Source: Oceanispirochaeta sp. (GTDB taxonomy: Bacteria > Spirochaetota > Spirochaetia > DSM-2461). Taken from it: 64,000 nucleotides of DNA. Below are positions 20,450 to 30,573 of this stretch, one piece after another. The translations under genes were made by a program, and so were the position numbers. The DNA lies in the NCBI GenBank assembly GCA_963666275.2, contig CAXXOA010000001.1:864001-928000 (forward strand), in the 5' to 3' direction. Positions within the stretch are counted from its first letter, which is position 1, and every line of letters starts with the position of its first letter. A model generated the notes under the pieces. The model made no database searches. It worked only from the letters and a program-made list of their open reading frames with translations, and was not told the origin of the DNA.

Positions 20450-20495
20450 GTCTGTTCGCTTTCGAACAGACTGGAGCCAAAAAAAAGAATACCTT
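20450..20495 (+). promoter_or_regulatory. Palindromic operator 1 plus -10 box (class II Crp-like promoter)
   Basis: GTCTGTTCG-CTTT-CGAACAGAC (20450-71), then 18 bp, then TACCTT. Confidence 0.75.
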
Positions 20496-20528
20496 TAGAA
20501 GTATCAGTTAACAAAAAAGGAGATTGAT

Positions 20529-20795
20529 ATGGAAATCAATGAAGTAAGTAAAACGGCAAAAAGTAGTTTCGGGTCCTTCTTATCGAACAAACCCCTCTGG
20601 GCATTCTGGATCGCCTATACCCTTCTGTGCGCAATGCTATTCGGTATTTTTTATGGAGTTATCTATCTTATGGCACAGTTATGGTGGGTTCCTGTAATAG
20701 CCATCATTGTCATCGGGATGATTTGGGGAACTCTGGCATATACCCCGGAAAAAATTTTACCTGAAAAGAACGAAACGATGACGAATAATGTTTAA
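20529..20795 (+). CDS. Small two-TM membrane protein
   Basis: AGGAG RBS; 88 aa with two hydrophobic helices. Confidence 0.7.
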   Translation: MEINEVSKTAKSSFGSFLSNKPLWAFWIAYTLLCAMLFGIFYGVIYLMAQLWWVPVIAIIVIGMIWGTLAYTPEKILPEKNETMTNNV

Positions 20796-20849
20796 GAAGT
20801 CTTTTTGCAGCGAGTCCTTCGAAATATTCCAGGAGCAAAGGATTGATTT

Positions 20850-23399
20850 ATGAATGGAAAACACAATTTTGATGAAGTTCGCAAAATTGCTTATCCCACA
20901 ATTTCCCATGAACTGCTGGAGATAATATGTACAGGTAAAGAAGCAACGAATGAACAGAAAAAAGAAATTGCGGCTATTTCCCATGACTTGGGCAAAAATT
21001 ACTATCCCGAAATTCTGTTTCTGTTAACCTTCAATGAAATAGATAATCCGCAATTGGCCGAAAAGATCTGCCGTAAAATAGCCGTGCATAAAAAGAGCCT
21101 GGAAGAAAAAATCGGAAGACCTATTCTCCTGGAACTTGCGGCTAGAGACTATATTCAATGTAACCACCATGCAGACTCTTCCCTTATGAGAAATCAGGGG
21201 AAAATAATTACCCAAATAGCCAGACAGGCCATAAGAGACAATAATACCAACTGTTTTACTGCAGTACAGCTCCAAATCGATTTACAAAAAGAAATTGATC
21301 GATCTTATCGATATGGATCAACTTTTTCCATTATTATGATCGATTTAGACAATTTTAAAAGAATAAATGATTCCTTTGGCCACCAAAAGGGAGATCAGGT
21401 ATTACAATTTTTTGCTTCTCTCATAGAGGAGCATCTTCGGAAACCGGACAATCTCTATCGTTTCGGGGGAGACGAATTCCTCATTCTTCTTCCACAAACA
21501 AATATCAAAGGGACAGGTCAAATAGCCGATAAGCTGATTAAGCTTTTAAATACCACCACATGCGAAACCATTGATCAGACCATATCGATCAGTATGGGAA
21601 TCTCATCTTTTGAAAATAATCATGGTCACAGCCGCGAAGAAATAATAAAGAATGCAGACCAGGCTCTTTTCAAGGCAAAAAGTGAGGGGAAAAACCAAAT
21701 TGCTCTCTGGATAAATGGAAAATGTGAAATATTGGATTCTGGAAAAGATGCCTCACCCCAAAAACCGGCAGAAAGGAATATTAAAATCTCCTGCCATAAG
21801 ATTATACCTGGATGTGCTATCGGCCGTATATTTATTTTTGATGACAATTTCACCAGCCGAGTCAGGCAATACGATATAAAAGAGAACGAAAAAAAAGAGG
21901 AGCTGGAAAGAATAAAGAGGGCCATTAGCAGTGTTGCCGATGATCTATCAAAAATGGAGAGTAATGTAAATGAAGAATTAAATAAGGATCATGGGGCCAT
22001 TTTTCTTGTCCATAAAATGATTCTTCAGGATATTTCCATCATAAATGACATAGAAACGGAATTAGGCGACAGGTTACTGAATGGAGAGATAATCGTTAGA
22101 GATATTTTTCGGAGACTGGAAAAAAGGTTTCTCCTTTTTGAAGATGAGCAACGCCGGGAAAAGGCAAAAGATATAAGGGATATTGCCGGTAGACTAGTTA
22201 GAAAGCTTCAAGGGAAGGACCATAATATCCTTTCATCACTTCCGAAAAACACCATTCTCGTATCTCAAAGACTTCTCCCTTCTGATACGGTATTTATTGA
22301 TAAAAAACATGTAAAGGCGATCATCACTGGTGAAGGCAGCCGTGGTTCACATTCTGCTATACTGGCCCGTGCATTGGGCATTCCCTATGTAACCATCGAT
22401 AGGAAGATTGATATACTGCCCAATAAATCTCATGTGATTGTAGACAGTGATGGCAGAACCATATTCATTAACCCCGATGCGATTCTTTCAGATAAGTACA
22501 AAGAGCGGATAAAAGAGGAATCTAAAGAAAATCAGGAGCAGGATATTTCCTGGGAACCCATCGAATTCGGTGGAAGAAAGATATCGATATTAGCCAATGT
22601 TTCCTCTGAAGAGGAAGCCCTTGATGCCCTGTCATCCCATGCGGAGGGTGTGGGTCTATTACGGGTGGAAACCATATATTTATCCAGTCAGATTATGCCT
22701 GATGAGGATTTTCTTCTGTCCCGTTTCATGGAGATTCTAACTCCTCTCAAAGGAAAAGAGATAACCATCAGACTGCTGGATATAGGATCGGATAAAGTTC
22801 CTTCCTATCTGGATCTGGGGAATGAAATTAATCCGGCTCTGGGGCTCAGGGGAATCCGGCTTCTCCTGAAACATAAAAAACTTCTCAAGACTCAGCTATC
22901 CGCCTGCATCAGACTGAACAGAGAGATCCCTGTGAAAATTTTGCTACCCATGGTTTCACTCCCCTCGGAAGTACGGACCGTACGTCACTTAATGAAGGAA
23001 ATCGAGGGAGGGGGAAATATTCAAATAGGGGCGATGATAGAAACGCCAGCATCTTTGTTTCAATTGGATGAGATTATTGAAGTATCAGACTTTATCAGCG
23101 TGGGAACAAATGATCTGTTTCAGTACACCATGACTGCAGACAGGGAAAACAATGAAGTGGCAGAGTATTTTGACAAGGGCTTCCAGATCCTGGAAAATAC
23201 GATAGAGGAAATATTCAGGAAGTCCAGAGAAGCGGGTAAAGACTGTACCGTCTGCGGAGAAATAGCGGGAGACAGCGACCATATTTATGCCATGCTGAAA
23301 AAGGGTCTTACCCAGTTCAGTGTATTACCCAACCTTATTAAGAGGGTCAGGCGGGAAATCTTCGATTACGCTGAGAAAAGCAAGGAGACTACTTTGTAG
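20850..23399 (+). CDS. GGDEF domain-PTS Enzyme I (PtsI/PtsP-like) fusion
   Basis: RKPD..RFGGDEF followed by EI motifs GSHSAILARALGIP, NPALGLRGIR, MIETP, GTNDLFQY and VCGE. Confidence 0.9.
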   Translation: MNGKHNFDEVRKIAYPTISHELLEIICTGKEATNEQKKEIAAISHDLGKNYYPEILFLLTFNEIDNPQLAEKICRKIAVHKKSLEEKIGRPILLELAARDYIQCNHHADSSLMRNQGKIITQIARQAIRDNNTNCFTAVQLQIDLQKEIDRSYRYGSTFSIIMIDLDNFKRINDSFGHQKGDQVLQFFASLIEEHLRKPDNLYRFGGDEFLILLPQTNIKGTGQIADKLIKLLNTTTCETIDQTISISMGISSFENNHGHSREEIIKNADQALFKAKSEGKNQIALWINGKCEILDSGKDASPQKPAERNIKISCHKIIPGCAIGRIFIFDDNFTSRVRQYDIKENEKKEELERIKRAISSVADDLSKMESNVNEELNKDHGAIFLVHKMILQDISIINDIETELGDRLLNGEIIVRDIFRRLEKRFLLFEDEQRREKAKDIRDIAGRLVRKLQGKDHNILSSLPKNTILVSQRLLPSDTVFIDKKHVKAIITGEGSRGSHSAILARALGIPYVTIDRKIDILPNKSHVIVDSDGRTIFINPDAILSDKYKERIKEESKENQEQDISWEPIEFGGRKISILANVSSEEEALDALSSHAEGVGLLRVETIYLSSQIMPDEDFLLSRFMEILTPLKGKEITIRLLDIGSDKVPSYLDLGNEINPALGLRGIRLLLKHKKLLKTQLSACIRLNREIPVKILLPMVSLPSEVRTVRHLMKEIEGGGNIQIGAMIETPASLFQLDEIIEVSDFISVGTNDLFQYTMTADRENNEVAEYFDKGFQILENTIEEIFRKSREAGKDCTVCGEIAGDSDHIYAMLKKGLTQFSVLPNLIKRVRREIFDYAEKSKETTL

Positions 23400-24241
23400 T
23401 TTTATTCAACTCATTCCATAAATGGCTGCAATAGTAAATGGACATATGATCCTCAACGTCTCTATACGTACCAGTTTATTCAGACCAACAAAATAATGCT
23501 TCCATTCTGTAACGGAACGCCCGACATATCTTTTAAATATACTCATTTTAGACCAAAAGCCGGTATGGTTTTTCCGTCTTCTCATTTTGTTTAAAGTAGA
23601 AAAGGTTCTATTAATTTGCTTCAGGATAGTTTTCCCCATTATTTTCCTTTGACCGGCGAAATCAGGTTCTTCTTTATCCATAACGATGTGTCCCTCTTCT
23701 GATATATACACCAATGTTCCTAAATGGCTGAAATTAAAATCGATTTTAGGTAAATCAGGTGGAACAAGAGGAACTGGGTCATCATGATTCACAATTCTCC
23801 AACTTGTTTTAGCGGCTGAAAGAGCAATGAGTTCCTGGTCACCAAAGCGGGGAGCCCCAAAGGTATACAGACCAAAACTGGAGTCATGTTTGGTAAAGGC
23901 TAAACCAGCAAGGGCTCCGCCAAGACTATGCCCTGTAAACCATAAAAATCTCTTGGGGTTCTCTTCTATAAGCTGGTCCAGAAAGATCTTTACTCCCGTT
24001 GGATTTTCCCAAACACTATCTAAAGCCTTTGCAAATCCTTGGTGAACCTTACCGCCCTGTTCAAGATGACAATAGGCCAGGAAAGAACATTCAGAAAACC
24101 ACCATGCATTAACTGGTGAATAGTTTGTTTTTTGATTTGAAGAGGAAATTTTTCTCCATTTTCGAAATAAACATAATTCATATCAGGAGGTAATTCCGGA
24201 TTTTCAGGAACATCTTTATAACGGATTTTTGGCAATGTCAT
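23389..24241 (-). pseudogene. Class 3 lipase pseudogene
   Basis: KVHQGF, GHSLGG, YTFGAPR, VNHDDPVPLVP and DHMSIYY are spread over shifted frames (shifts near 24135 and 23465). Confidence 0.8.
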
Positions 24242-24395
24242 TTTAGTCAAACTTTTCTCCTGTAGAGTTTTACATCCCTTGGGCAAGAACATCTCAACTT
24301 CAGAATGCCCTGTTTGCTTTATCGCATTTCTCCTATAACTCTGACCAAAACTATTTGGATTGTTCCTATGGTCCCACCTTGTTTTTCATAAAGAC

Positions 24396-25142
24396 CTACC
24401 TGGATTTACCCTGATTTGCCACAGCCGCTTCTGCTTTGGCAATTTCTTCGGAGTTTCCGATGTAGTAATGCCTGATTGGTTTGAGATTGTTGTCCAGTTC
24501 GTATACCAGCGGAACACCGGTCGGAATGTTGAGCTCGACGACTTCCTCTTCAGAAAGCTTGTCCAGGTATTTGACCAGGGCCCGCAAACTGTTGCCATGA
24601 GCGACAATGACAACTCGTTTGCCCGACTTGACCACCGGGGCGATTTTTTGGTCCCAATAGGGCCACACACGGCCGAGGGTTAGTTTGAGCGATTCGGTCG
24701 CCGGTAGTTCGACGGGCGTCAGCCTATCATAACGGCGGTCAAATCGGGGATGTCTTTCATCATTCTCTCCCAGTCCAGGAGGTGTAATGCTAAAGCTGCG
24801 GCGCCAGATTAGGACCTGTTCATCGCCAAACCTGGCGGCTGTATCGGCTTTATTCAGCCCCTGGAGGGAACCGTAGTGGCGTTCATTTAATTCCCAGGCC
24901 CGGATCACGGGAATCCATTCCAGGTTGAGCTCAGACATCACCGACCATAAGGTTTTAATAGCGCGCTTCAGTACGGAAGTAAAGGCTGTGTCAAAAGTGT
25001 ATCCTCCACAGCGCAATACGTCTCCCGCCTTTTGGGCTTCCACGAGGCCCTGAGCGCTTAAGTCCACATCTGTCCAGCCGGTAAAGCGGTTTTCCAGGTT
25101 CCAGGTGCTTTGTCCATGACGAATCAATACGAGTTTATGCAT
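24396..25142 (-). CDS. gpmA: 2,3-bisphosphoglycerate-dependent phosphoglycerate mutase
   Basis: [37 protein letters not shown] and LNIPTGVP; 248 aa. Confidence 0.95.
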   Translation of the reverse strand: MHKLVLIRHGQSTWNLENRFTGWTDVDLSAQGLVEAQKAGDVLRCGGYTFDTAFTSVLKRAIKTLWSVMSELNLEWIPVIRAWELNERHYGSLQGLNKADTAARFGDEQVLIWRRSFSITPPGLGENDERHPRFDRRYDRLTPVELPATESLKLTLGRVWPYWDQKIAPVVKSGKRVVIVAHGNSLRALVKYLDKLSEEEVVELNIPTGVPLVYELDNNLKPIRHYYIGNSEEIAKAEAAVANQGKSR

Positions 25143-25155
25143 TTTAAGTTCTCTA

Positions 25156-25515
25156 CTAGTCTTCACGGGTCTGAAGCCCAAAGATTCGACAACCTTTTTT
25201 CATTCGTCCATACATGTTTCTTTTCTTCATCCGCGATGAGAAAAAAAAATGTATTTGTTCAGAATTTTCTAACGCCTTTGATTTCCCTGTATAAAAGCTG
25301 ATGCTCATTTTCTCAATATCCAGGTATTTTCTGTAAAGATCATCCTGAGAGATATCGATATTGAATATATTCTTATCCTTTTTCAAGTCAACAAAACACG
25401 TGATATCTGTTTTTTTTAATATAGTTTCAGGAACAGTTTCTACAAAACAATTAACCAGCCCTGCTTCTCCTGCCAATACACTGGATAGCTCTTTATTCCC
25501 TTGTACATTAGTCAC
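25156..25515 (-). CDS. Hypothetical protein (possibly a gene remnant)
   Basis: GTG start after AGGAGG; no family recognised. Confidence 0.45.
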   Translation of the reverse strand: MTNVQGNKELSSVLAGEAGLVNCFVETVPETILKKTDITCFVDLKKDKNIFNIDISQDDLYRKYLDIEKMSISFYTGKSKALENSEQIHFFFSSRMKKRNMYGRMKKGCRIFGLQTRED

Positions 25516-25578
25516 GGTTACCTCCTAAATCATTTAATAATTAATCAATCCTATACAATCCGCTATCTGGATTAACTC

Positions 25579-25649
25579 AGTATATGGTCTTTCCACTGGA
25601 TAAGTCTGTGCGTTATCGAACAGACAGGAACAGCCATGAGGATTATCTT
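25579..25649. promoter_or_regulatory. Palindromic operator 2 between divergent operons
   Basis: GTCTGTGCG-TTAT-CGAACAGAC (25604-25). TATCTT lies 18 bp away on +; TATACT lies 19 bp away on -. Confidence 0.75.
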
Positions 25650-25689
25650 GAATACAGAAACAGTTATTGAATAAGAAACGGGAGCGGTT

Positions 25690-28479
25690 ATGTATATTTT
25701 GTTATTTTTAATAATATTTATTTTTGAAGGCTTGCTGATCATCGGCGGTTTCAGGAAAAAAAGAAAAATCTTAAAAATTTTAGGCACTGTACTTCTTACC
25801 ATCACTTGTATATTTTTGTGGTTCATGGGGTTTTGGGCCGATAAATTATGGTTTCAATCACTGGGGTTTATTGACAGATTCTGGACTGAATTTACAGTAA
25901 AACTAGGCTTTGGAATAGTTTCGTTCCTTATGGGCGGCATATTTATGTCCCTATTACTCATTCGTGTAAAAAAGCTCGGGACAGAAATAAAGACCTTTAT
26001 CACGGTCGGTACAGCGCTTATATCAGGATCAATTGGTACAGGTTTATGGGATGAGGCTCTTCTGTTCTTTAACAGAGTTCCTACAGGAACTATTGATCCG
26101 GTATTTGGCCTTGATGTTTCATTCTATATTTTTAGTCTTCCGTTTATTGCAGGCGTACATAAACTGTTAATGAACCTTTCTTTCATTTCCACAATAGTTG
26201 GATTATCGATCCTCGTTATAAGAACCAGAATTACTCTGACAAGTGGAATTATTCAACAAGAGCCTATTGATGATACAGAAAAGGAAACTTCCGGTCCTTT
26301 TTTAGTCGGATCAGCACTCTTGATTCTGTTTTCTGCTTTAGGATTGATAATTCGGCGTTTTCAGCTGTTATACAGCTCTGGAGGTACCGTAAACGGTCCC
26401 GGTTGGACTGAAGTTAATATTAGATTTCCGGCCATGATGGTCGCAGCACTAATAGTTGTTCTTGGGATGTTTTTTATTATCATACCAGGTTTAAGAAAAG
26501 TTAGTGCTTCTCCCTTGAAAAAGTTTAAAAAGTTAAATGAATCATTAAAATCTGTGGGTGTCGTTTTAATGCTGACCACTGTCCTTTGTATTCTGATTAT
26601 CGGAATTATTCCGGGAGTCATTCAGGCCCTGATTGTAGCACCCAACGAGATAACTTATGAACAGCCGTATATTGAAAGAAATATAGAATTCACAAGACGT
26701 GCCTTTAAGCTGAGCCATGTTCAGGAGAAAGAATATCCAATGGACTCAGTAGAATTCGACCGCAGCATTATTGAAGCGAATTCCGCGATAATCAACAATA
26801 CAAGGTTATGGGACTGGCATGCATTGAGTTCAGTGTATCAACAATTTCAGGAAATAAGACTGTATTATAAGTTCGGCGATATTGATATGGATCGCTATGA
26901 GATAAATGGTGAAAAAAGAGCCGTAATGGTTTCCGCCAGAGAAATGGAGTTGTCCAATTTAACGGCCCAGAGTCAGAACTTTGTCAATGAACGCTTTAAA
27001 TACACACATGGTTACGGTATAGCTATGAATACCGTAAATGAATTTACTGCCTCCGGGCTACCCCACCTTCTTATAAAGGACATTCCACCGGTAAGTGAAA
27101 CTTCAGGTCTCGAGGTTACCAGGCCAGAGATTTATTATGGAGAAAGAACGAATTCCTATGTTATTGCCAACAGCAGCGAAAAGGAGTTTGATTTTCCCCA
27201 GGGCGACAAGAATAGCTATGTTAACTACGCAGGCAAAGGCGGAGTCGAGATCAGTAACTTCTTTAGAAAATTCATTTACGGCTTTAAATATAGCAGCACA
27301 AAACTTCTCTTCTCAAATTATCCTCAAAATGACAGCAGGATACTTATGAACAGAAATATAATGAAACGTGTTCAACTTGCCGCTCCATTTCTTAAATTCG
27401 ACAGCGATCCCTATATTGTTTTAATCAATGGTGAGCTCCTATGGTTTATAGATGCCTATACCACCTCAACCAATTATCCTTACAGTGAGCACTTTTCAGG
27501 AACCCTTGACGGTGGAACTATAAGCACACAGGGCCTTTCAAGAGGCATCAACTATGTGAGGAATTCCGTTAAGGCTGTAGTGAATCCATACGATGGGAAA
27601 ATGGATTTCTACATCTATGATGAAGAAGATCCTGTAATAGACGTATGGAACAAAATATACCCAGGTTTGTTTAAACCCAAAGCAAGCATGCCCGATGAAC
27701 TAAAAGAGCATGTAAGATACCCTGCAGATTTCTTACTGATACAGGGTGAAATTTATGCAAAATATCACATGACTGTTCCGGAGGTCTTCTATAACCAGGA
27801 AGATATCTGGGTCCGTGCGACTGAAAAATATTACAGTGAAGTACAGCCTGTAGAGCCCTATTATATTATGTGGGAACGTCAGGGTGAAGATAAGCCTGAA
27901 TTTATTATTATGCTTCCCTACACACCTAAAAACAAGCAGGTTTTGATAGGTTGGATTGCCGGTATGAGCGATCCCGAGCACTACGGCGAGTTAATCGTCT
28001 ATAAGTTTCCAAAAGATAAGAGAGTTTTAGGCCCTCAGCAGGTTGAAACGAAAATAGATCAGGACAGTTTTCTGTCGGGACAGCTATCCCTTTGGGATCA
28101 GAGGGGGTCGAATGTGATCAGAGGGAATATCCTTGCTCTACCGCTTGGAGGAACATTGCTTTATGTTGAGCCCATTTATCTACAGTCGGAGACTGCGGCT
28201 TATCCTGAATTGAGGCTGGTAGTACTCATGCACAATGACAAAATATCCTATGCCGAAACACTTGAGAAAGCCCTCACCGGTCTATATAAAGATTCTGTAC
28301 CTATGGTTCAATATGTAAATACCGGAAATGATAATACCGGAGGCGAGACACAAACCCTGTTAAAGCAGGCCGATGAAGCATTCAGAAACTACCTGGAGGC
28401 AACCGGTGAAGGGAATTTGAGAAAAGCAGGTGAAGAGCTCCAACGATTAAAAGATCTTTTTGAGAATATGCCGGAATAA
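25690..28479 (+). CDS. UPF0182 family membrane protein
   Basis: DKLWFQSLGF, DPVFGLDVSFYIF, RLWD, FQEIRLYYKF, YTHGYG and NYVRNSVKAVV motifs; 929 aa. Confidence 0.93.
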   Translation: MYILLFLIIFIFEGLLIIGGFRKKRKILKILGTVLLTITCIFLWFMGFWADKLWFQSLGFIDRFWTEFTVKLGFGIVSFLMGGIFMSLLLIRVKKLGTEIKTFITVGTALISGSIGTGLWDEALLFFNRVPTGTIDPVFGLDVSFYIFSLPFIAGVHKLLMNLSFISTIVGLSILVIRTRITLTSGIIQQEPIDDTEKETSGPFLVGSALLILFSALGLIIRRFQLLYSSGGTVNGPGWTEVNIRFPAMMVAALIVVLGMFFIIIPGLRKVSASPLKKFKKLNESLKSVGVVLMLTTVLCILIIGIIPGVIQALIVAPNEITYEQPYIERNIEFTRRAFKLSHVQEKEYPMDSVEFDRSIIEANSAIINNTRLWDWHALSSVYQQFQEIRLYYKFGDIDMDRYEINGEKRAVMVSAREMELSNLTAQSQNFVNERFKYTHGYGIAMNTVNEFTASGLPHLLIKDIPPVSETSGLEVTRPEIYYGERTNSYVIANSSEKEFDFPQGDKNSYVNYAGKGGVEISNFFRKFIYGFKYSSTKLLFSNYPQNDSRILMNRNIMKRVQLAAPFLKFDSDPYIVLINGELLWFIDAYTTSTNYPYSEHFSGTLDGGTISTQGLSRGINYVRNSVKAVVNPYDGKMDFYIYDEEDPVIDVWNKIYPGLFKPKASMPDELKEHVRYPADFLLIQGEIYAKYHMTVPEVFYNQEDIWVRATEKYYSEVQPVEPYYIMWERQGEDKPEFIIMLPYTPKNKQVLIGWIAGMSDPEHYGELIVYKFPKDKRVLGPQQVETKIDQDSFLSGQLSLWDQRGSNVIRGNILALPLGGTLLYVEPIYLQSETAAYPELRLVVLMHNDKISYAETLEKALTGLYKDSVPMVQYVNTGNDNTGGETQTLLKQADEAFRNYLEATGEGNLRKAGEELQRLKDLFENMPE

Positions 28480-28488
28480 AAGGGGAGA

Positions 28489-30441
28489 ATGATCATGTAT
28501 AGGAAAAAGAGCAATAAAGATTCCCTGGAATACGCAGAGAATATTCTCAATACTATTCGTGAACCCCTCATTGTTCTGGATCAGAATTTGAGGGTGATTT
28601 CAGCAAACAGTTCTTTTTTTAAAGTTTTCAGGGAAGAGCCTGATGAAACCCTGGGGCAGCTGATTTATAACCTGGGCAATCATCAATGGGATATTCCTCA
28701 ACTGCGGGAGTTACTGGAGAGGATTCTTCCTTTAGAGCAATCCTTTGATAATTATAAGGTTGAACATCATTTCAATACACTCGGCCGTCGTATTATGTCA
28801 TTAAATGCACGGAAGATTGAACGTAAAAAGGGAAAAGAGGAAATCATTCTTCTGGCGATTGAGGATATCACAGAGAAGGAAATGGCCCAACTCGCCCTTG
28901 AAGACTCAGAAGAACGATTTAGGCGATTATTTGAAACGGCGAAAGATGGTCTTTTTCTTTTAGATAAGAAAAACGGTCAAATCGTTAATGCGAATCCGGC
29001 GATTTGCAAGTTGTTGGGTTATACACAAAAAAAAATCATCGGTAAGTCACTTCACGACTTTCATTTTTCTATGGTCCTTGATGATTTTTACATCCTGTTG
29101 GAACATTTAATTATTCATGGCTTTATTTCCTATAATGACATTTTTGTACAAAATAAGCTAGGGACGCCAGTTAGCATCGATCTTCAAATCATTGACAGGT
29201 CGAGGTTTATTCAATGTAATTTCCGCGATATCACTGCTCGCAAGATTGCCGATAAAGAAAAGGCAATCCTTACAGATCAACTCAATCAGGCGCAGCGCAT
29301 GAAAACCGTTGGGGTTTTGGCGGGTGGGATTGCCCATGATTTTAACAATATTCTGTCCATTATTATTGGCAATGCAGAACTAGCCCTCAATGATATTTCT
29401 CCTGAAAACCCGGTCAAAGAAAATATGGAAACAGTACTGGCCGCTTCCATACGGGCAAAAGACCTGGTCAGCCAGATACTCACCTTCAGTCGGAAGGATA
29501 AAGCAATGCTTATTCCACTGTGGCCCCAGCCTCTCATTAATGAAACCTTAAAGCTCTTACGTTCGGCAACACCTGCCACCATTTCCATCATTCAGAATAT
29601 ATCAAAGGATTGCGGAATGATTATGACAGATATAACCCAATTCCATCAGATAATAATGAACCTTTTTGGGAATGCCGTCCAATCTATGAATGAGAAAGGT
29701 GAAGTGATAGTCAGTTTACAAGAAGTGAATTTGAATAATAAGGATTTTAGTCATTTTTCAAAAATGTCGCCCCTAACAATAAAAGCCCCGGGAGCTTTTG
29801 CCCGATTCTCCGTGGCTGATTCTGGAAATGGAATCGGACCGCACATAATGAAACATATCTTTGAACCTTTTTTCACCACCAAGAAGGTGGGAGAAGGAAC
29901 AGGCATGGGTTTGTCAGTGGTTCATGGCATTATTCAAAGCCAGGAAGGATTCATTACCGTTGAAAGCGAAGAAGATAAAGGAAGTACCTTCAGTGTGTTC
30001 CTCCCGATTACACACAACGAAGAAACGCATCATGTTGAAGTAAAAAAAACTATTCTTACCGGTACGGAACGAATACTTCTTGTAGATGATGAAGAACTTC
30101 TTCTGAATATGACGGAACAATTACTGGAACAAATGGGATATACAGTGACTAGTGAAGAAAGGAGTATAAAGGCTCTTAAAATTTTCAAGACAAACCCGGA
30201 AAACTTTGATCTTGTAATCACTGACCAGTCCATGCCAGAGATGTCCGGGGGAGAACTAGCATCCCAAATATTGAAAGTGAGACCGGAGATGCCCATTATT
30301 CTGTGTAGCGGATACAGCTCAAAAGTATCTGAAGAAAACTATAGAGACACTGGAATCGCTATGTATCTGAATAAACCCTATAACAGAAAAGCATTATCCG
30401 GAACGGTCAGGAAAGTATTGGACGGAAAAGGTTCAAAATAA
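28489..30441 (+). CDS. Cytoplasmic PAS-PAS hybrid histidine kinase
   Basis: Two PAS domains, GGIAHDFNN, HATPase and a C-terminal REC domain (LVDDE, TDQSMP). Confidence 0.92.
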   Translation: MIMYRKKSNKDSLEYAENILNTIREPLIVLDQNLRVISANSSFFKVFREEPDETLGQLIYNLGNHQWDIPQLRELLERILPLEQSFDNYKVEHHFNTLGRRIMSLNARKIERKKGKEEIILLAIEDITEKEMAQLALEDSEERFRRLFETAKDGLFLLDKKNGQIVNANPAICKLLGYTQKKIIGKSLHDFHFSMVLDDFYILLEHLIIHGFISYNDIFVQNKLGTPVSIDLQIIDRSRFIQCNFRDITARKIADKEKAILTDQLNQAQRMKTVGVLAGGIAHDFNNILSIIIGNAELALNDISPENPVKENMETVLAASIRAKDLVSQILTFSRKDKAMLIPLWPQPLINETLKLLRSATPATISIIQNISKDCGMIMTDITQFHQIIMNLFGNAVQSMNEKGEVIVSLQEVNLNNKDFSHFSKMSPLTIKAPGAFARFSVADSGNGIGPHIMKHIFEPFFTTKKVGEGTGMGLSVVHGIIQSQEGFITVESEEDKGSTFSVFLPITHNEETHHVEVKKTILTGTERILLVDDEELLLNMTEQLLEQMGYTVTSEERSIKALKIFKTNPENFDLVITDQSMPEMSGGELASQILKVRPEMPIILCSGYSSKVSEENYRDTGIAMYLNKPYNRKALSGTVRKVLDGKGSK

Positions 30442-30573
30442 TATTTCTTTCCTTCCAATCTGCCCTCCATTGGTATGAGGCTTAGAGCCCATTCTTCGCT
30501 CTCTATACTTCATTAACTGTATAAAGCCTTGATATCCGGTGAATATTTCCAAAGGTTTGCGATGGTCATCTTC

